From positions 67,656 through 131,655 of the forward strand of contig CALYBC010000025.1 in the NCBI GenBank assembly GCA_944393725.1: a stretch of 64,000 nucleotides of DNA. The letters run 5' to 3'. The position numbers and the translations under genes are program-made. Under the pieces are notes generated by a model, which saw only the letters and a list, made by a program, of their open reading frames with translations, searched no databases and was not told where the DNA came from. The DNA comes from an uncultured Alphaproteobacteria bacterium (GTDB lineage Bacteria > Pseudomonadota > Alphaproteobacteria > RF32 > CAG-239). Below, piece after piece: positions 38,258-46,781 of this stretch; position 1 is the stretch's first letter; each line of letters opens with the position of its first letter.

Positions 38258-38797
38258 CTAGAGATGACGATAAAACATAAAGCAATTACCGTCATTTAAG
38301 AATTGATTGATATCGACCGTTTTGTCGGCACAGCCAACCAAGTCGTACATCAACAATTCTTTTTTGTTGAGTTCTTTTTTTGTAAGCGGAATGACATATT
38401 CCGGCAAATGCGGAATCTCATAGCCGAATACCGCCATTTTCTCCACCAACTCTTTATATTTTTTGCGGTTTCGTCGCAAAATGTCGGCAGCCTTTTTGCT
38501 CAAAGGCACAGCCCGCGAGCTGATATGTTTGGCAAAATCAAACACATCTGCGGTCACCACCCCAGAACCAGCCTCTGCCTTATTGAATGTTTTTACATAA
38601 AAAACCATGTTCTCAATAATTATGGCATGTGGACGGCCCATATTTCGGGATATCTCTTCTGCAGCGAACTTTTTGCCGTTTTTTACAAAGATTACCTCAA
38701 AAGGTAAATCGCTTGCTTTCCACTCCAAATAAGCCTTTACATCTTGGATTGTTGGTTGACAAGCTTCAAATACTCTAAATATTTCATGTTGTTCCAT
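38258..38797 (-). CDS. Hypothetical protein (last gene of the NadM-NadE operon)
   Basis: 179-aa ORF with no motif I recognise. Same strand as nadE and 80 nt downstream of it; followed by a terminator. Confidence 0.5.
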   Translation of the reverse strand: MEQHEIFRVFEACQPTIQDVKAYLEWKASDLPFEVIFVKNGKKFAAEEISRNMGRPHAIIIENMVFYVKTFNKAEAGSGVVTADVFDFAKHISSRAVPLSKKAADILRRNRKKYKELVEKMAVFGYEIPHLPEYVIPLTKKELNKKELLMYDLVGCADKTVDINQFLNDGNCFMFYRHL

Positions 38798-38877
38798 AAA
38801 AAATTATTTTAAAAAATTAAACATAATAGTATCCAATTATGTCAGCTAAGTTATTTTGATATATGTTTTTTGTCAAG

Positions 38878-39657
38878 CTAAAGTTTTAATGCCGGCGGTA
38901 ATTGCAGTCTTTTGAAAGCTTGTTTTTCATATCTTTTAACTATATTTTCAACTGTTACGGCATCGAATCCATCCGCAATTATCTGTGCTACAGTTTGCTT
39001 CTTATCTAAATAAAGAGCGAGTATTTTGTCCAGTAAGGCATAAGGCGGCAGTGAGTCCTCGTCTTTTTGTCCTTCTGACAGTTCGGCTGAAGGAGCTCTG
39101 GTTATAACCTCTTTCGGCAGAACAAAAGATTGCGAATTTCGCCATTTTGCCAGCTCAAAAATTTGTGATTTATACAAGTTTGCTATTGGAGCCAATCCGC
39201 CGCAAGTGTCACCGTAAAGGGTACAATATCCCATGGCAATTTCCGATTTATTGCCGCAAGCCAAAACCAAATAAGAAAATTGATTGGCATAAGTCATCAA
39301 AATTTTGCCGCGTTCGCGGGCTTGCAGATTTTCTAAAGTAAGTTTTTTGATGTTTTGGTTCCAGTTGTCTTGCAAAAAATCTTTTTGGTAATCAATAAGC
39401 GGCTGAATATCCAAGATACGGTAGTCAAGGTTATTTAACTCGGCCAACTGTTCGGCAATTTGCAAACTAAGCTCGGAAGTAAATGCGGTTTTCATCATCA
39501 AGGCATACACATTTTTTCCACCCAAGGCCTCTGCTGCTGCCACGGCGACGACCGCCGAATCAAGTCCTCCTGAAAGGCCTAAAATCACTTCGTCAAAATT
39601 ATTATGATTGCAAAAATTGCTAATTCCGGCGGTTAAGTTTTTCCAAATTGCTTGCAT
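38878..39657 (-). CDS. nadE: NAD synthetase-family amidotransferase, short single-domain (NH3-dependent) type
   Basis: PP-loop ILGLSGGLDSAVVA. 259 aa with no glutaminase domain. Its start is 1 nt after the stop of the NMNAT gene. Confidence 0.85.
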   Translation of the reverse strand: MQAIWKNLTAGISNFCNHNNFDEVILGLSGGLDSAVVAVAAAEALGGKNVYALMMKTAFTSELSLQIAEQLAELNNLDYRILDIQPLIDYQKDFLQDNWNQNIKKLTLENLQARERGKILMTYANQFSYLVLACGNKSEIAMGYCTLYGDTCGGLAPIANLYKSQIFELAKWRNSQSFVLPKEVITRAPSAELSEGQKDEDSLPPYALLDKILALYLDKKQTVAQIIADGFDAVTVENIVKRYEKQAFKRLQLPPALKL

Positions 39658-39658
39658 C

Positions 39659-40189
39659 TTAGATTACTCCTCTTTTTGAATGCTGATATTCTTCAATCAT
39701 GGCATGGATTTCTTGTGGTACAAAATTTTTCCACCTTTTATCGCCGATTTTAATCATATCTCTTACCATCGAGCCGGAAACATACGGAAAATCATAGTCG
39801 ATTCTGTTTTCTATAACTATATGCTTAAATACTTTTCTAAACCATTGAGCATCATATTCGCTTCCGGCATAATATACTTCAGGTCTTGGGTGGTCCGGCA
39901 ATGATTCTTGCAAAAAGTCCAGCACAAACTCGGCCCATTGCGAAGGATTATTTATATCAAACATACCCAATACGGTAATTTGCGGATTATTCTTATATAC
40001 TGTTTGAATCATTTTTTTTCTGAGCACATATGGGTAGGGATTGCGCTCCGTACCCTGCTCTTGCACCGAGCCCAAAAGGATAATCACTTTTTTGCACTCA
40101 TCAAGCATTCTGTTTATTAGCTTTATATGCCCGATATGCAAAGGCTGGGCTCTCATAACCGCTAATCCGGCCACATATTTTTGCTTCAT
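39659..40189 (-). CDS. Nicotinamide/nicotinate mononucleotide adenylyltransferase, NadM (archaeal) type
   Basis: Cytidylyltransferase HxGH motif (PLHIGH) and C-terminal SGSMVRD (ISSTxxR-like). ATG 40189 has a GGAGGA RBS; the ORF-track start is 40213. Confidence 0.75.
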   Translation of the reverse strand: MKQKYVAGLAVMRAQPLHIGHIKLINRMLDECKKVIILLGSVQEQGTERNPYPYVLRKKMIQTVYKNNPQITVLGMFDINNPSQWAEFVLDFLQESLPDHPRPEVYYAGSEYDAQWFRKVFKHIVIENRIDYDFPYVSGSMVRDMIKIGDKRWKNFVPQEIHAMIEEYQHSKRGVI

Positions 40190-40318
40190 TCTATCCTCCG
40201 GTGCTATACTCATTTAGCAAAATTATATAAATGGAAATTGCTTTTGCCAACAAAATTATTGACTAAGAGCAAAGATAGCTTAAACTTTGCTAAACAGATT
40301 AATTTTCGGAAAGATTTT

Positions 40319-41392
40319 ATGCGCTATTTAGCTTTTATTTTTTCAGTTTTAATATTTTCTTGCTCTGCGTATGCCAAAGAGTTTGACTATGATATTACCG
40401 GAAGTGTCAAAGGGCTTTATGGTTATTCCGATGTCTTAGACCACAATCATGCCAATGCCGATGGACACATATCAGGCTATATAAGCTACGATTTTAATGC
40501 AGATACCACCGCCACGTTTTATCTCGACTTAATGGGCGGAATTGACAAAGAAATCCAAGATTATAACCAAGGCCGTTGGGGTGAAGAAGTTTACGGAGAA
40601 ATAGATTCCGCTTATGGTATTTTTATGGTAGGTCAAACCTGGAATGTGGCTTCGCTTTTCCATGACGGAGCTTCAATGGTAGGAGCAATTACAAGCAATA
40701 ATGATATTGCTGATTTTGTTGCAAACCCAAACTGGCAAAGAGATGATAAAACAACCGTTTTTTCAACCCTTAACTCAACCGAGATTAATACCGACGGTGT
40801 TGCTCCGAAAATAAACTACATTTCGCCGGAATATTTCGGCACGGCAGTTGGGTTTTCTTATATTCCCGATAGTTACAACCGCCGCGGCTTAGAAAATAAA
40901 CATGCCGGTTATGCCCACCATGATGCTTTTGTCGCCGCGCTTTATTCCGACCATGATTTCGGCTGGTTTTCAGCCAAAACCTCGGTCGGCTATGGGCAAT
41001 ATCACGGCAATGACAAAGACTATTCTCTAAGCCTGCGTTTGAGCCGCGGTAATTGGTCTTTAGGCGGTGGTTTTCGCAAGACCTATATCGACGGTGATGA
41101 CAAAGCATCACAAGCATGGAACCTGCCTGAAGATTTTGATGCCTATCGCGAAGGCTATGCTTGGAACATAGGATTAAGCTACGAGATAGGTCCTTTTTCG
41201 TCAAGCTTGACTTATTTTAATGCTAAATCAGATGAGTCTGATAATTGTAACAAAATCGTTGCCTTTTCAAACCAATATGAGTTTAATAAATACATAGACA
41301 TGTATTTAGCCGCGGCCTATTCTGACAACACATCAGCACAAGAAACCGTTCATGGATATGCCATTATAAGCGGTATAGGAGTTAATTTTTAA
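40319..41392 (+). CDS. Outer-membrane porin (beta-barrel)
   Basis: Signal peptide MRYLAFIFSVLIFSCSAYA from ATG 40319; the ORF-track start at 40181 overlaps the NMNAT gene. Alternating beta-strand pattern with aromatic girdles, ending GIGVNF (terminal Phe). Confidence 0.75.
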   Translation: MRYLAFIFSVLIFSCSAYAKEFDYDITGSVKGLYGYSDVLDHNHANADGHISGYISYDFNADTTATFYLDLMGGIDKEIQDYNQGRWGEEVYGEIDSAYGIFMVGQTWNVASLFHDGASMVGAITSNNDIADFVANPNWQRDDKTTVFSTLNSTEINTDGVAPKINYISPEYFGTAVGFSYIPDSYNRRGLENKHAGYAHHDAFVAALYSDHDFGWFSAKTSVGYGQYHGNDKDYSLSLRLSRGNWSLGGGFRKTYIDGDDKASQAWNLPEDFDAYREGYAWNIGLSYEIGPFSSSLTYFNAKSDESDNCNKIVAFSNQYEFNKYIDMYLAAAYSDNTSAQETVHGYAIISGIGVNF

Positions 41393-42003
41393 TGCCGAAC
41401 CTGTTATTTTTATCTGAAAACGAAGCTTTTAAGGAAGATATATTAGGGCAGATTAAAATTTATGCACCTGATTTTGCTACAGTAGTTAATGATGAAGATG
41501 CCGATTTAATAATCGTTGATGATAATGTAGCATTTCTTGACACAATAAAATCGGACATAGACAATAAACCCTTGATTTATCTTACCTCGAGAGACGATAT
41601 TTGTGTCGAGGCCTATCAGGTTATAAACAAGCCATTTGCTTTAGACACTTTTATTGATGTCATAAAATCGGCAATAAACACCTTCGAAAATTCTAAAGAA
41701 GGCAGCTTAGAATTTAACAATTATATTTTATACCCTGCCGCCAAAGAGATAGTAAACTTACGCAACGACAAAGTAACCAAGCTTACCGAAAAAGAAGTCG
41801 CCATCATAAAGTACTTATACAAAAACAAAGATAAAATAATCGGTAAAAATGATTTGATGCAAGAAGTATGGGGTTATGCGGCCGATGTTGCCACCCATAC
41901 GGTAGAGACCCACATATACCGCTTGCGGCAAAAAGTTGAATGCGATGACCTATCAGCTCAGCTTATCCTAACCTCAATCGGCGGCTATCAACTTAAAGTA
42001 TAA
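41392..42003 (+). CDS. OmpR/PhoB-type winged-helix response regulator with a short atypical receiver
   Basis: C-terminal wHTH (LTEKEVAIIKYL...THTVETHIYRLRQKV). The receiver keeps a candidate Asp (DLIIVDD), Thr (YLTS) and Lys (NKPF) but has SENE in place of the N-terminal acidic DD pair. Its ATG overlaps the porin stop (TAATG). Confidence 0.8.
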   Translation: MPNLLFLSENEAFKEDILGQIKIYAPDFATVVNDEDADLIIVDDNVAFLDTIKSDIDNKPLIYLTSRDDICVEAYQVINKPFALDTFIDVIKSAINTFENSKEGSLEFNNYILYPAAKEIVNLRNDKVTKLTEKEVAIIKYLYKNKDKIIGKNDLMQEVWGYAADVATHTVETHIYRLRQKVECDDLSAQLILTSIGGYQLKV

Positions 42004-42005
42004 TA

Positions 42006-42036
42006 AAATAAGGCTCCCTTTCGGGAGCCTTATTTT
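42006..42036. terminator. Bidirectional terminator (response regulator / Lon-like gene)
   Basis: Perfect 13-bp stem AAATAAGGCTCCC/GGGAGCCTTATTT with a TTTC loop. AT-rich flanks. Confidence 0.85.
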
Positions 42037-44470
42037 ATTTACCTAAGCAACCATGAGTTTCTTTGGCATATTTGGCATAACACTTATAGAAGTAATTTAG
42101 CCCTTGTTGCACGGCGTAGTTTACCGTTCCTTTAGGATAATTACCATGTTTATCTGCCTTTCCGGCCTTAATTCCGGTCAATATTTCAATACCGTCATCA
42201 ACCGTATCAATTGCATAGACATGGAATTTTCCGTCTTCCACGGCCTGCAATATGTCTTCTCTTAGCATCAAATCCGGCACATTGGTTCTTGGAATAATCA
42301 CGCCATGCTCGCCGCTCAAGCCTTGATGAGCACAGACATCAAAGAAGCCCTCAATTTTTTCATTAACTCCACCGATTGGTTGAATCTCACCAAATTGGTT
42401 GATTGAGCCGGTTACGGCGATACTTTGTTTTATCGGAATGTTCGAAATTGCCGAAAGCAAGCAGTAATACTCGGTAGATGACGCACTGTCACCGTCTACT
42501 CCGCCATAAGACTGCTCAAAAACAATCGAGGCACTCAAAGACAAAGGAGAATATTTGGCAAATCTGTTCGCGAGCAAACTTTCCAGAATGAGAACTCCCT
42601 TTGAATGAATGGGGCCGCTCATCTCTACTTCACGCTCAATATTTATGAATTCACCCTTGCCGATTCTCACCTGAGTAGTAATTCTGGCCGGTTTTCCGAA
42701 AGAGGTTCTAGAGAAATTATAGACAACTAAACCGTTTATTTGTCCTACCTTTTTGCCGGAAACATCAATCAAAATAGTTCCCTTGTCAATTTGTTCCAGC
42801 ATCATATCTTTGATTCTGCTGTTACGATAGATTTGGGCATCTATGGCTTGGTCAATATGGTTTTTACCGATATGATTTGATTTTGATTTTCTGGCCCAGT
42901 AGTCCGCCTCACGGAGCAAATCTCCGATGGAAGAAATATGAGCGGTCAACTTTTCCGAGCTTTCGGCCAAACGCGAAGAGTGCTCAATAACTTTTGCCAC
43001 TGCCTGGCGGTTAAGAGAGCGTAAATGTTTTTTCTTTGAGAGGGAGCCGATTAACTTAGCATATTCCACCTCATTTTCTTCGGTTCTGTCCATCAGCATA
43101 CCAAAATCTGCCTCGACTTTGAAATAATCAGAAAAATCGGGGTCTCTTTCGCTCAACAGTTCATAAAGCTCGGCATCACCGGTCAAAATAATTTTAACTC
43201 GCAAAGGAATTGGTTGCGGGTCAAGCGATATGGTTGTAAAAGAAGTTTCCTCGCTGGGTGCTTCAATCTTGATTAATTTAGAGGCAATAGCGCGTTTAAG
43301 CGAGTCCCAAGCAAATGGCTGCATCAACATTTTTCTGGCATCAACCAAGAGAAAACCGCCGTTTGCCTGATGCAAGGCTCCGGCCTTAATCAAAGTAAAG
43401 TCGGTAAGCAAGGCACCATATTGTTGGATTCTCTCAACCTTACCAACCAAATTTCCTTGAGTAGGGTGGTCAAGGTGAATAATCGGAGCACCGGACCCCG
43501 GTTCGTTTTTAACAATCACATTAACCTTAAATTTTGCATACTTATCTTCTTCCGGTTGCTTAATTTTGGATAACAAGGCTCCCAAAGGATCTTCACCTTC
43601 GGACGGGGTTGCGGTTTCGGTACTTGGTAAAAATTCTTCGACATTTTCCAAAATATATCTTTGGATTCTCTTCAAGAAGGCATTTGCTTGTTTGTGCCCT
43701 TTGTATCTTTCATGTAGCTCGTCAATCGGACCTTTTACCGTTTCTTTTAAGAATTTGGTTCTTAAGCGATTGGTTTCTTCGCGTTGCTTATCTTCCCAAG
43801 CCGGCAAATCTTGTGCGGACTTTTCGATTTCGGCCTGCATTTGATTCAAGTCATCAATCAACTGCTTCTTTTCTTCTTCCGGTAATTCTTCAAAAGCTTC
43901 CGGACTTAATACTTCTCCGTTTTTAACCGGAGCAACCACCAATCCCACCGGCATATGCAACAAAGAAACGCTCTTTCCTTTAGCTTTTTTTTGCAAAAGC
44001 TTGATATACTTTTCTTTTGATTGTTTGTACTTTTCCTGAATGATAATAACAGCAGCTTTGTATTCTTCGCTCTCAAATATTGTCGGGATTGCGGTAGAAA
44101 AATTTTCAATCAACTTATCAATGTCTTTGGCAAAGTCGGCAGCCGTTCCGGCCGGAAAAGAGATAGCCTGCGGCTTATATGGCTCGTCAAAGTTATAGAT
44201 ATAAGCCCAATCATCCGGCGTCGGTCGTTTTTTTGCTTCTTGAGCCAAAACCCTCTTTACCAAAGAGCTCTTACCGGTTCCCTCAGGGCCTAAGCAAAAC
44301 AGGTTATACCCCTTTGACTGAATATTAATACCGATTTCCACGGCAGCTAAAGCTCTGTCCTGTCCCAAGGCCGAAAGTCTTTCTTCCAACTCAGCGGTAG
44401 AAGCAAAAGAAAACTTTTGCGGATCGCATTTGGTATATAACTGACTGGGGGTAAGTTTGGTAATGCTCAT
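42035..44470 (-). CDS. Lon-like AAA+ ATPase/serine protease (LonB/AAA_32-type, not canonical Lon)
   Basis: Walker A GPEGTGKSS. The C-terminal Lon S16 domain has the Ser-Lys dyad context (VDGDSASS ... PIGGVNEKIEGFF). ATG 44470 is preferred over the ORF-track TTG at 44491. Confidence 0.8.
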   Translation of the reverse strand: MSITKLTPSQLYTKCDPQKFSFASTAELEERLSALGQDRALAAVEIGINIQSKGYNLFCLGPEGTGKSSLVKRVLAQEAKKRPTPDDWAYIYNFDEPYKPQAISFPAGTAADFAKDIDKLIENFSTAIPTIFESEEYKAAVIIIQEKYKQSKEKYIKLLQKKAKGKSVSLLHMPVGLVVAPVKNGEVLSPEAFEELPEEEKKQLIDDLNQMQAEIEKSAQDLPAWEDKQREETNRLRTKFLKETVKGPIDELHERYKGHKQANAFLKRIQRYILENVEEFLPSTETATPSEGEDPLGALLSKIKQPEEDKYAKFKVNVIVKNEPGSGAPIIHLDHPTQGNLVGKVERIQQYGALLTDFTLIKAGALHQANGGFLLVDARKMLMQPFAWDSLKRAIASKLIKIEAPSEETSFTTISLDPQPIPLRVKIILTGDAELYELLSERDPDFSDYFKVEADFGMLMDRTEENEVEYAKLIGSLSKKKHLRSLNRQAVAKVIEHSSRLAESSEKLTAHISSIGDLLREADYWARKSKSNHIGKNHIDQAIDAQIYRNSRIKDMMLEQIDKGTILIDVSGKKVGQINGLVVYNFSRTSFGKPARITTQVRIGKGEFINIEREVEMSGPIHSKGVLILESLLANRFAKYSPLSLSASIVFEQSYGGVDGDSASSTEYYCLLSAISNIPIKQSIAVTGSINQFGEIQPIGGVNEKIEGFFDVCAHQGLSGEHGVIIPRTNVPDLMLREDILQAVEDGKFHVYAIDTVDDGIEILTGIKAGKADKHGNYPKGTVNYAVQQGLNYFYKCYAKYAKETHGCLGK

Positions 44471-44561
44471 GATAAAAAAATCCCTATACAATAAAATTTA
44501 GCTAATTTATATTAGGACATAATAGATTAATAAAAACTAATTTTGAGTAAATAAAACCGCA

Positions 44562-45959
44562 ATGTCGAATTTTATTTTTATCGCACCTTTAATAATCTTA
44601 GGGCTATCCCTAGGCTTTGCTTATCATAATTTTTTTGCCATCAAGCGAAAATTTTTATGTAAGCAAGTGCGAGAAAAACTAATTAACCAAAAATTTTTTT
44701 CTTCAATTATTTCTGATAAGACGGCAGAATATTTAGTCCAATTACCCACCAAAGAATGCCGCAGGATACTGTCGTATAATGTATCACAATGGCCCGAATA
44801 TATAAAAGACGATGCCGTAGCGGAAAAATTAAAGTTTATGCTGTCGGGAAAAATTGCCAAAGAAGATAAAAATGACGAGCTTTTAATGCTTTTTTCGGCA
44901 CAAATTGCCGCTGCCGACGGATTATACGAAAAAGCCGGAACCATAATAGGCTGCCTCAAAAAATGCAAGAAACAGCCCTATAAAGCTATTTATGATTTGG
45001 TATCTGCACAAATATCCTTATTTGAGGGCGATTTGGAAACCGCAGTAATAAAGGCATCTACAGCCCTAAAAATTTTCAAAAAGTTTAATTTGCTTTACGA
45101 AGAGGGTTTGGGCTATTTTGTTATCGGCTCGATTTATCGTATAAGCGGCATGTACGATAGTGCAGACATTATGTATCGCTCTGCACTTAAGGTATTTAAG
45201 TGTTTATCGGCCGACTGCAATATTGGTGAAGTTTTGGGCAGTATGGGAATGCTTTTGTCGGCACAACAACGTTATGGAGAGGCTGATGACTATTTTGACC
45301 AAGCCGTAACACAATACCAAACTATCAAAGACACGGAAGGCGAAAGTTTTATAATCAACCAAAAAGCGCTGACTGCCTTGTTGCGTCAAGATTGTGCCTC
45401 AGCAAAGAAACTATCTGCACAGGCACTCAAAAACCACAAAAGTATAAAAGGCAAATCTTTGTCCGAGGAAATAATGGCACGTGCGGCCTATTTTCAAGAA
45501 GATTGGCCTAATGTGATAAACCACTCAATTACGGCCGCGGCAGGATATAAAAAGAGCCAAAATTACGCCGGAGTTTACGATAGCATGTACATAAATGCAG
45601 AGGCTCAGGTAAGAGTTAATAATCTGGATGAGGCCGAAAGGCTGTTGCGTGAGATTATCACGCTGGAAAACAAGCATAAAAGCTGTTTTCACATTGCCAA
45701 TGTCTATACCTTATTAGGTATAATTTTCTTTCGTCGTCGCGATTTTGAACGTGCAGAGGGAATTATTAATCAAGCTTTGAAATATGAGCTATATAATGAA
45801 CGCGACAAAGGTGCCGCGGTTGACTACCTCAACTTATCAATAATTGAAAAAGCCAAAGGAAATATTGCCGAGGCTGAAAAATACTTAGAGCAAGCACTAG
45901 AACATGCTCGTGCTTCAGATAACAAGCTTTATGAAATGATTAAGGCTCAACAGAATTAA
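44562..45959 (+). CDS. Membrane-anchored TPR-repeat protein
   Basis: N-terminal TM (FIFIAPLIILGLSLGFAY), then multiple 34-aa TPR-like helical repeats (for example YLNLSIIEKAKGNIAEAEKYLEQALEHA). Confidence 0.7.
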   Translation: MSNFIFIAPLIILGLSLGFAYHNFFAIKRKFLCKQVREKLINQKFFSSIISDKTAEYLVQLPTKECRRILSYNVSQWPEYIKDDAVAEKLKFMLSGKIAKEDKNDELLMLFSAQIAAADGLYEKAGTIIGCLKKCKKQPYKAIYDLVSAQISLFEGDLETAVIKASTALKIFKKFNLLYEEGLGYFVIGSIYRISGMYDSADIMYRSALKVFKCLSADCNIGEVLGSMGMLLSAQQRYGEADDYFDQAVTQYQTIKDTEGESFIINQKALTALLRQDCASAKKLSAQALKNHKSIKGKSLSEEIMARAAYFQEDWPNVINHSITAAAGYKKSQNYAGVYDSMYINAEAQVRVNNLDEAERLLREIITLENKHKSCFHIANVYTLLGIIFFRRRDFERAEGIINQALKYELYNERDKGAAVDYLNLSIIEKAKGNIAEAEKYLEQALEHARASDNKLYEMIKAQQN

Positions 45960-46701
45960 AAGATATGGTCCAATTAATATTTTGCCCGTTTTGGTGCAGA
46001 TTTTTTATGCCCATCTCGTTAAATCCCAAAATATAAAATTCCGGCACGGAAAAAACATTAAAAGAATTGTTTCCGGTAAATAAAATTCGGTTTTTTACGG
46101 ACAATCCTGATTTATTCATCATCGTTCTAAACGGGAAAGTCCAAGCCGGAATACCAAACTCTCCAAACAAGACAACAGGATAATTTTGCATTTTTAAAAA
46201 TGCCGACAGCTGATTAAATACTATGTTAAGGTCTTTTTTGCTCACATTTCTGAAGTCAACTTTAATCAAAGTTAGCGGGTTTTGAGGTTCAACAGTCACA
46301 TATTCGGCGGTATATTTGCCATCAAACAAAACTTCTCCGGCATTTATAATTTTATTTTTGCTAAATTGGGCAGGCAATTTCTGTGAAGCATCAAAATAGA
46401 GGTTCATTTGATGCGAGCCGCTAAAATCTTCCGAAACAAAGATATTGGCATTTGCGGAAATAAAAGTAAAATTTATAACAAACAACAAGACAAAGACAAA
46501 AGAATATTTGTATCTCCGTCGCCACAAAGTATATATTGTAAGTAAGGCCGACAAGGCATACAGGTGCAAAGGGCTTAACGCAGAAGGGCAAATGTTTTTA
46601 GCAAAAATTCCGTAACAAGTCATCGCGGCCAATACAACCATCGCTGCAATACAAAACCACGATTCCCTGCGCAAATATTTTTTTTGGCTTAAGTAACCCA
46701 T
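45940..46701 (-). CDS. Multi-pass membrane protein with a possible degenerate EEP-like C-terminal domain
   Basis: Three hydrophobic segments follow ATG 46701 (MGYLSQKKY...); the ORF-track start at 46803 would overlap the divergent gene. The C-terminal part has VVLFGEFGIPAW where EEP enzymes have GDFN. Confidence 0.5.
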   Translation of the reverse strand: MGYLSQKKYLRRESWFCIAAMVVLAAMTCYGIFAKNICPSALSPLHLYALSALLTIYTLWRRRYKYSFVFVLLFVINFTFISANANIFVSEDFSGSHQMNLYFDASQKLPAQFSKNKIINAGEVLFDGKYTAEYVTVEPQNPLTLIKVDFRNVSKKDLNIVFNQLSAFLKMQNYPVVLFGEFGIPAWTFPFRTMMNKSGLSVKNRILFTGNNSFNVFSVPEFYILGFNEMGIKNLHQNGQNINWTISFNSVEP

Positions 46702-46781
46702 TTTTAATTTGTTTGTGTTAAATTTTCCCAAAATATACTTTATTATAGAACAAAAAAAGTTTTTGTAAATGGTTGAAAGAC

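Noticed and set aside
40181-40318. The extended N-terminus of the porin ORF (MLHSILRCYTH...).
   Set aside because: It would overlap the NMNAT gene on the other strand. It also precedes an internal Met that begins a textbook signal peptide (MRYLAFIFSVLIFSCSAYA).
42035-44491. The Lon-like protease as BrxL of a BREX phage-defence system.
   Set aside because: None of the other BREX components (brxA/B/C, pglX methyltransferase, pglZ phosphatase) is nearby. The only methyltransferase in the window is 38 kb away in a PTS operon.
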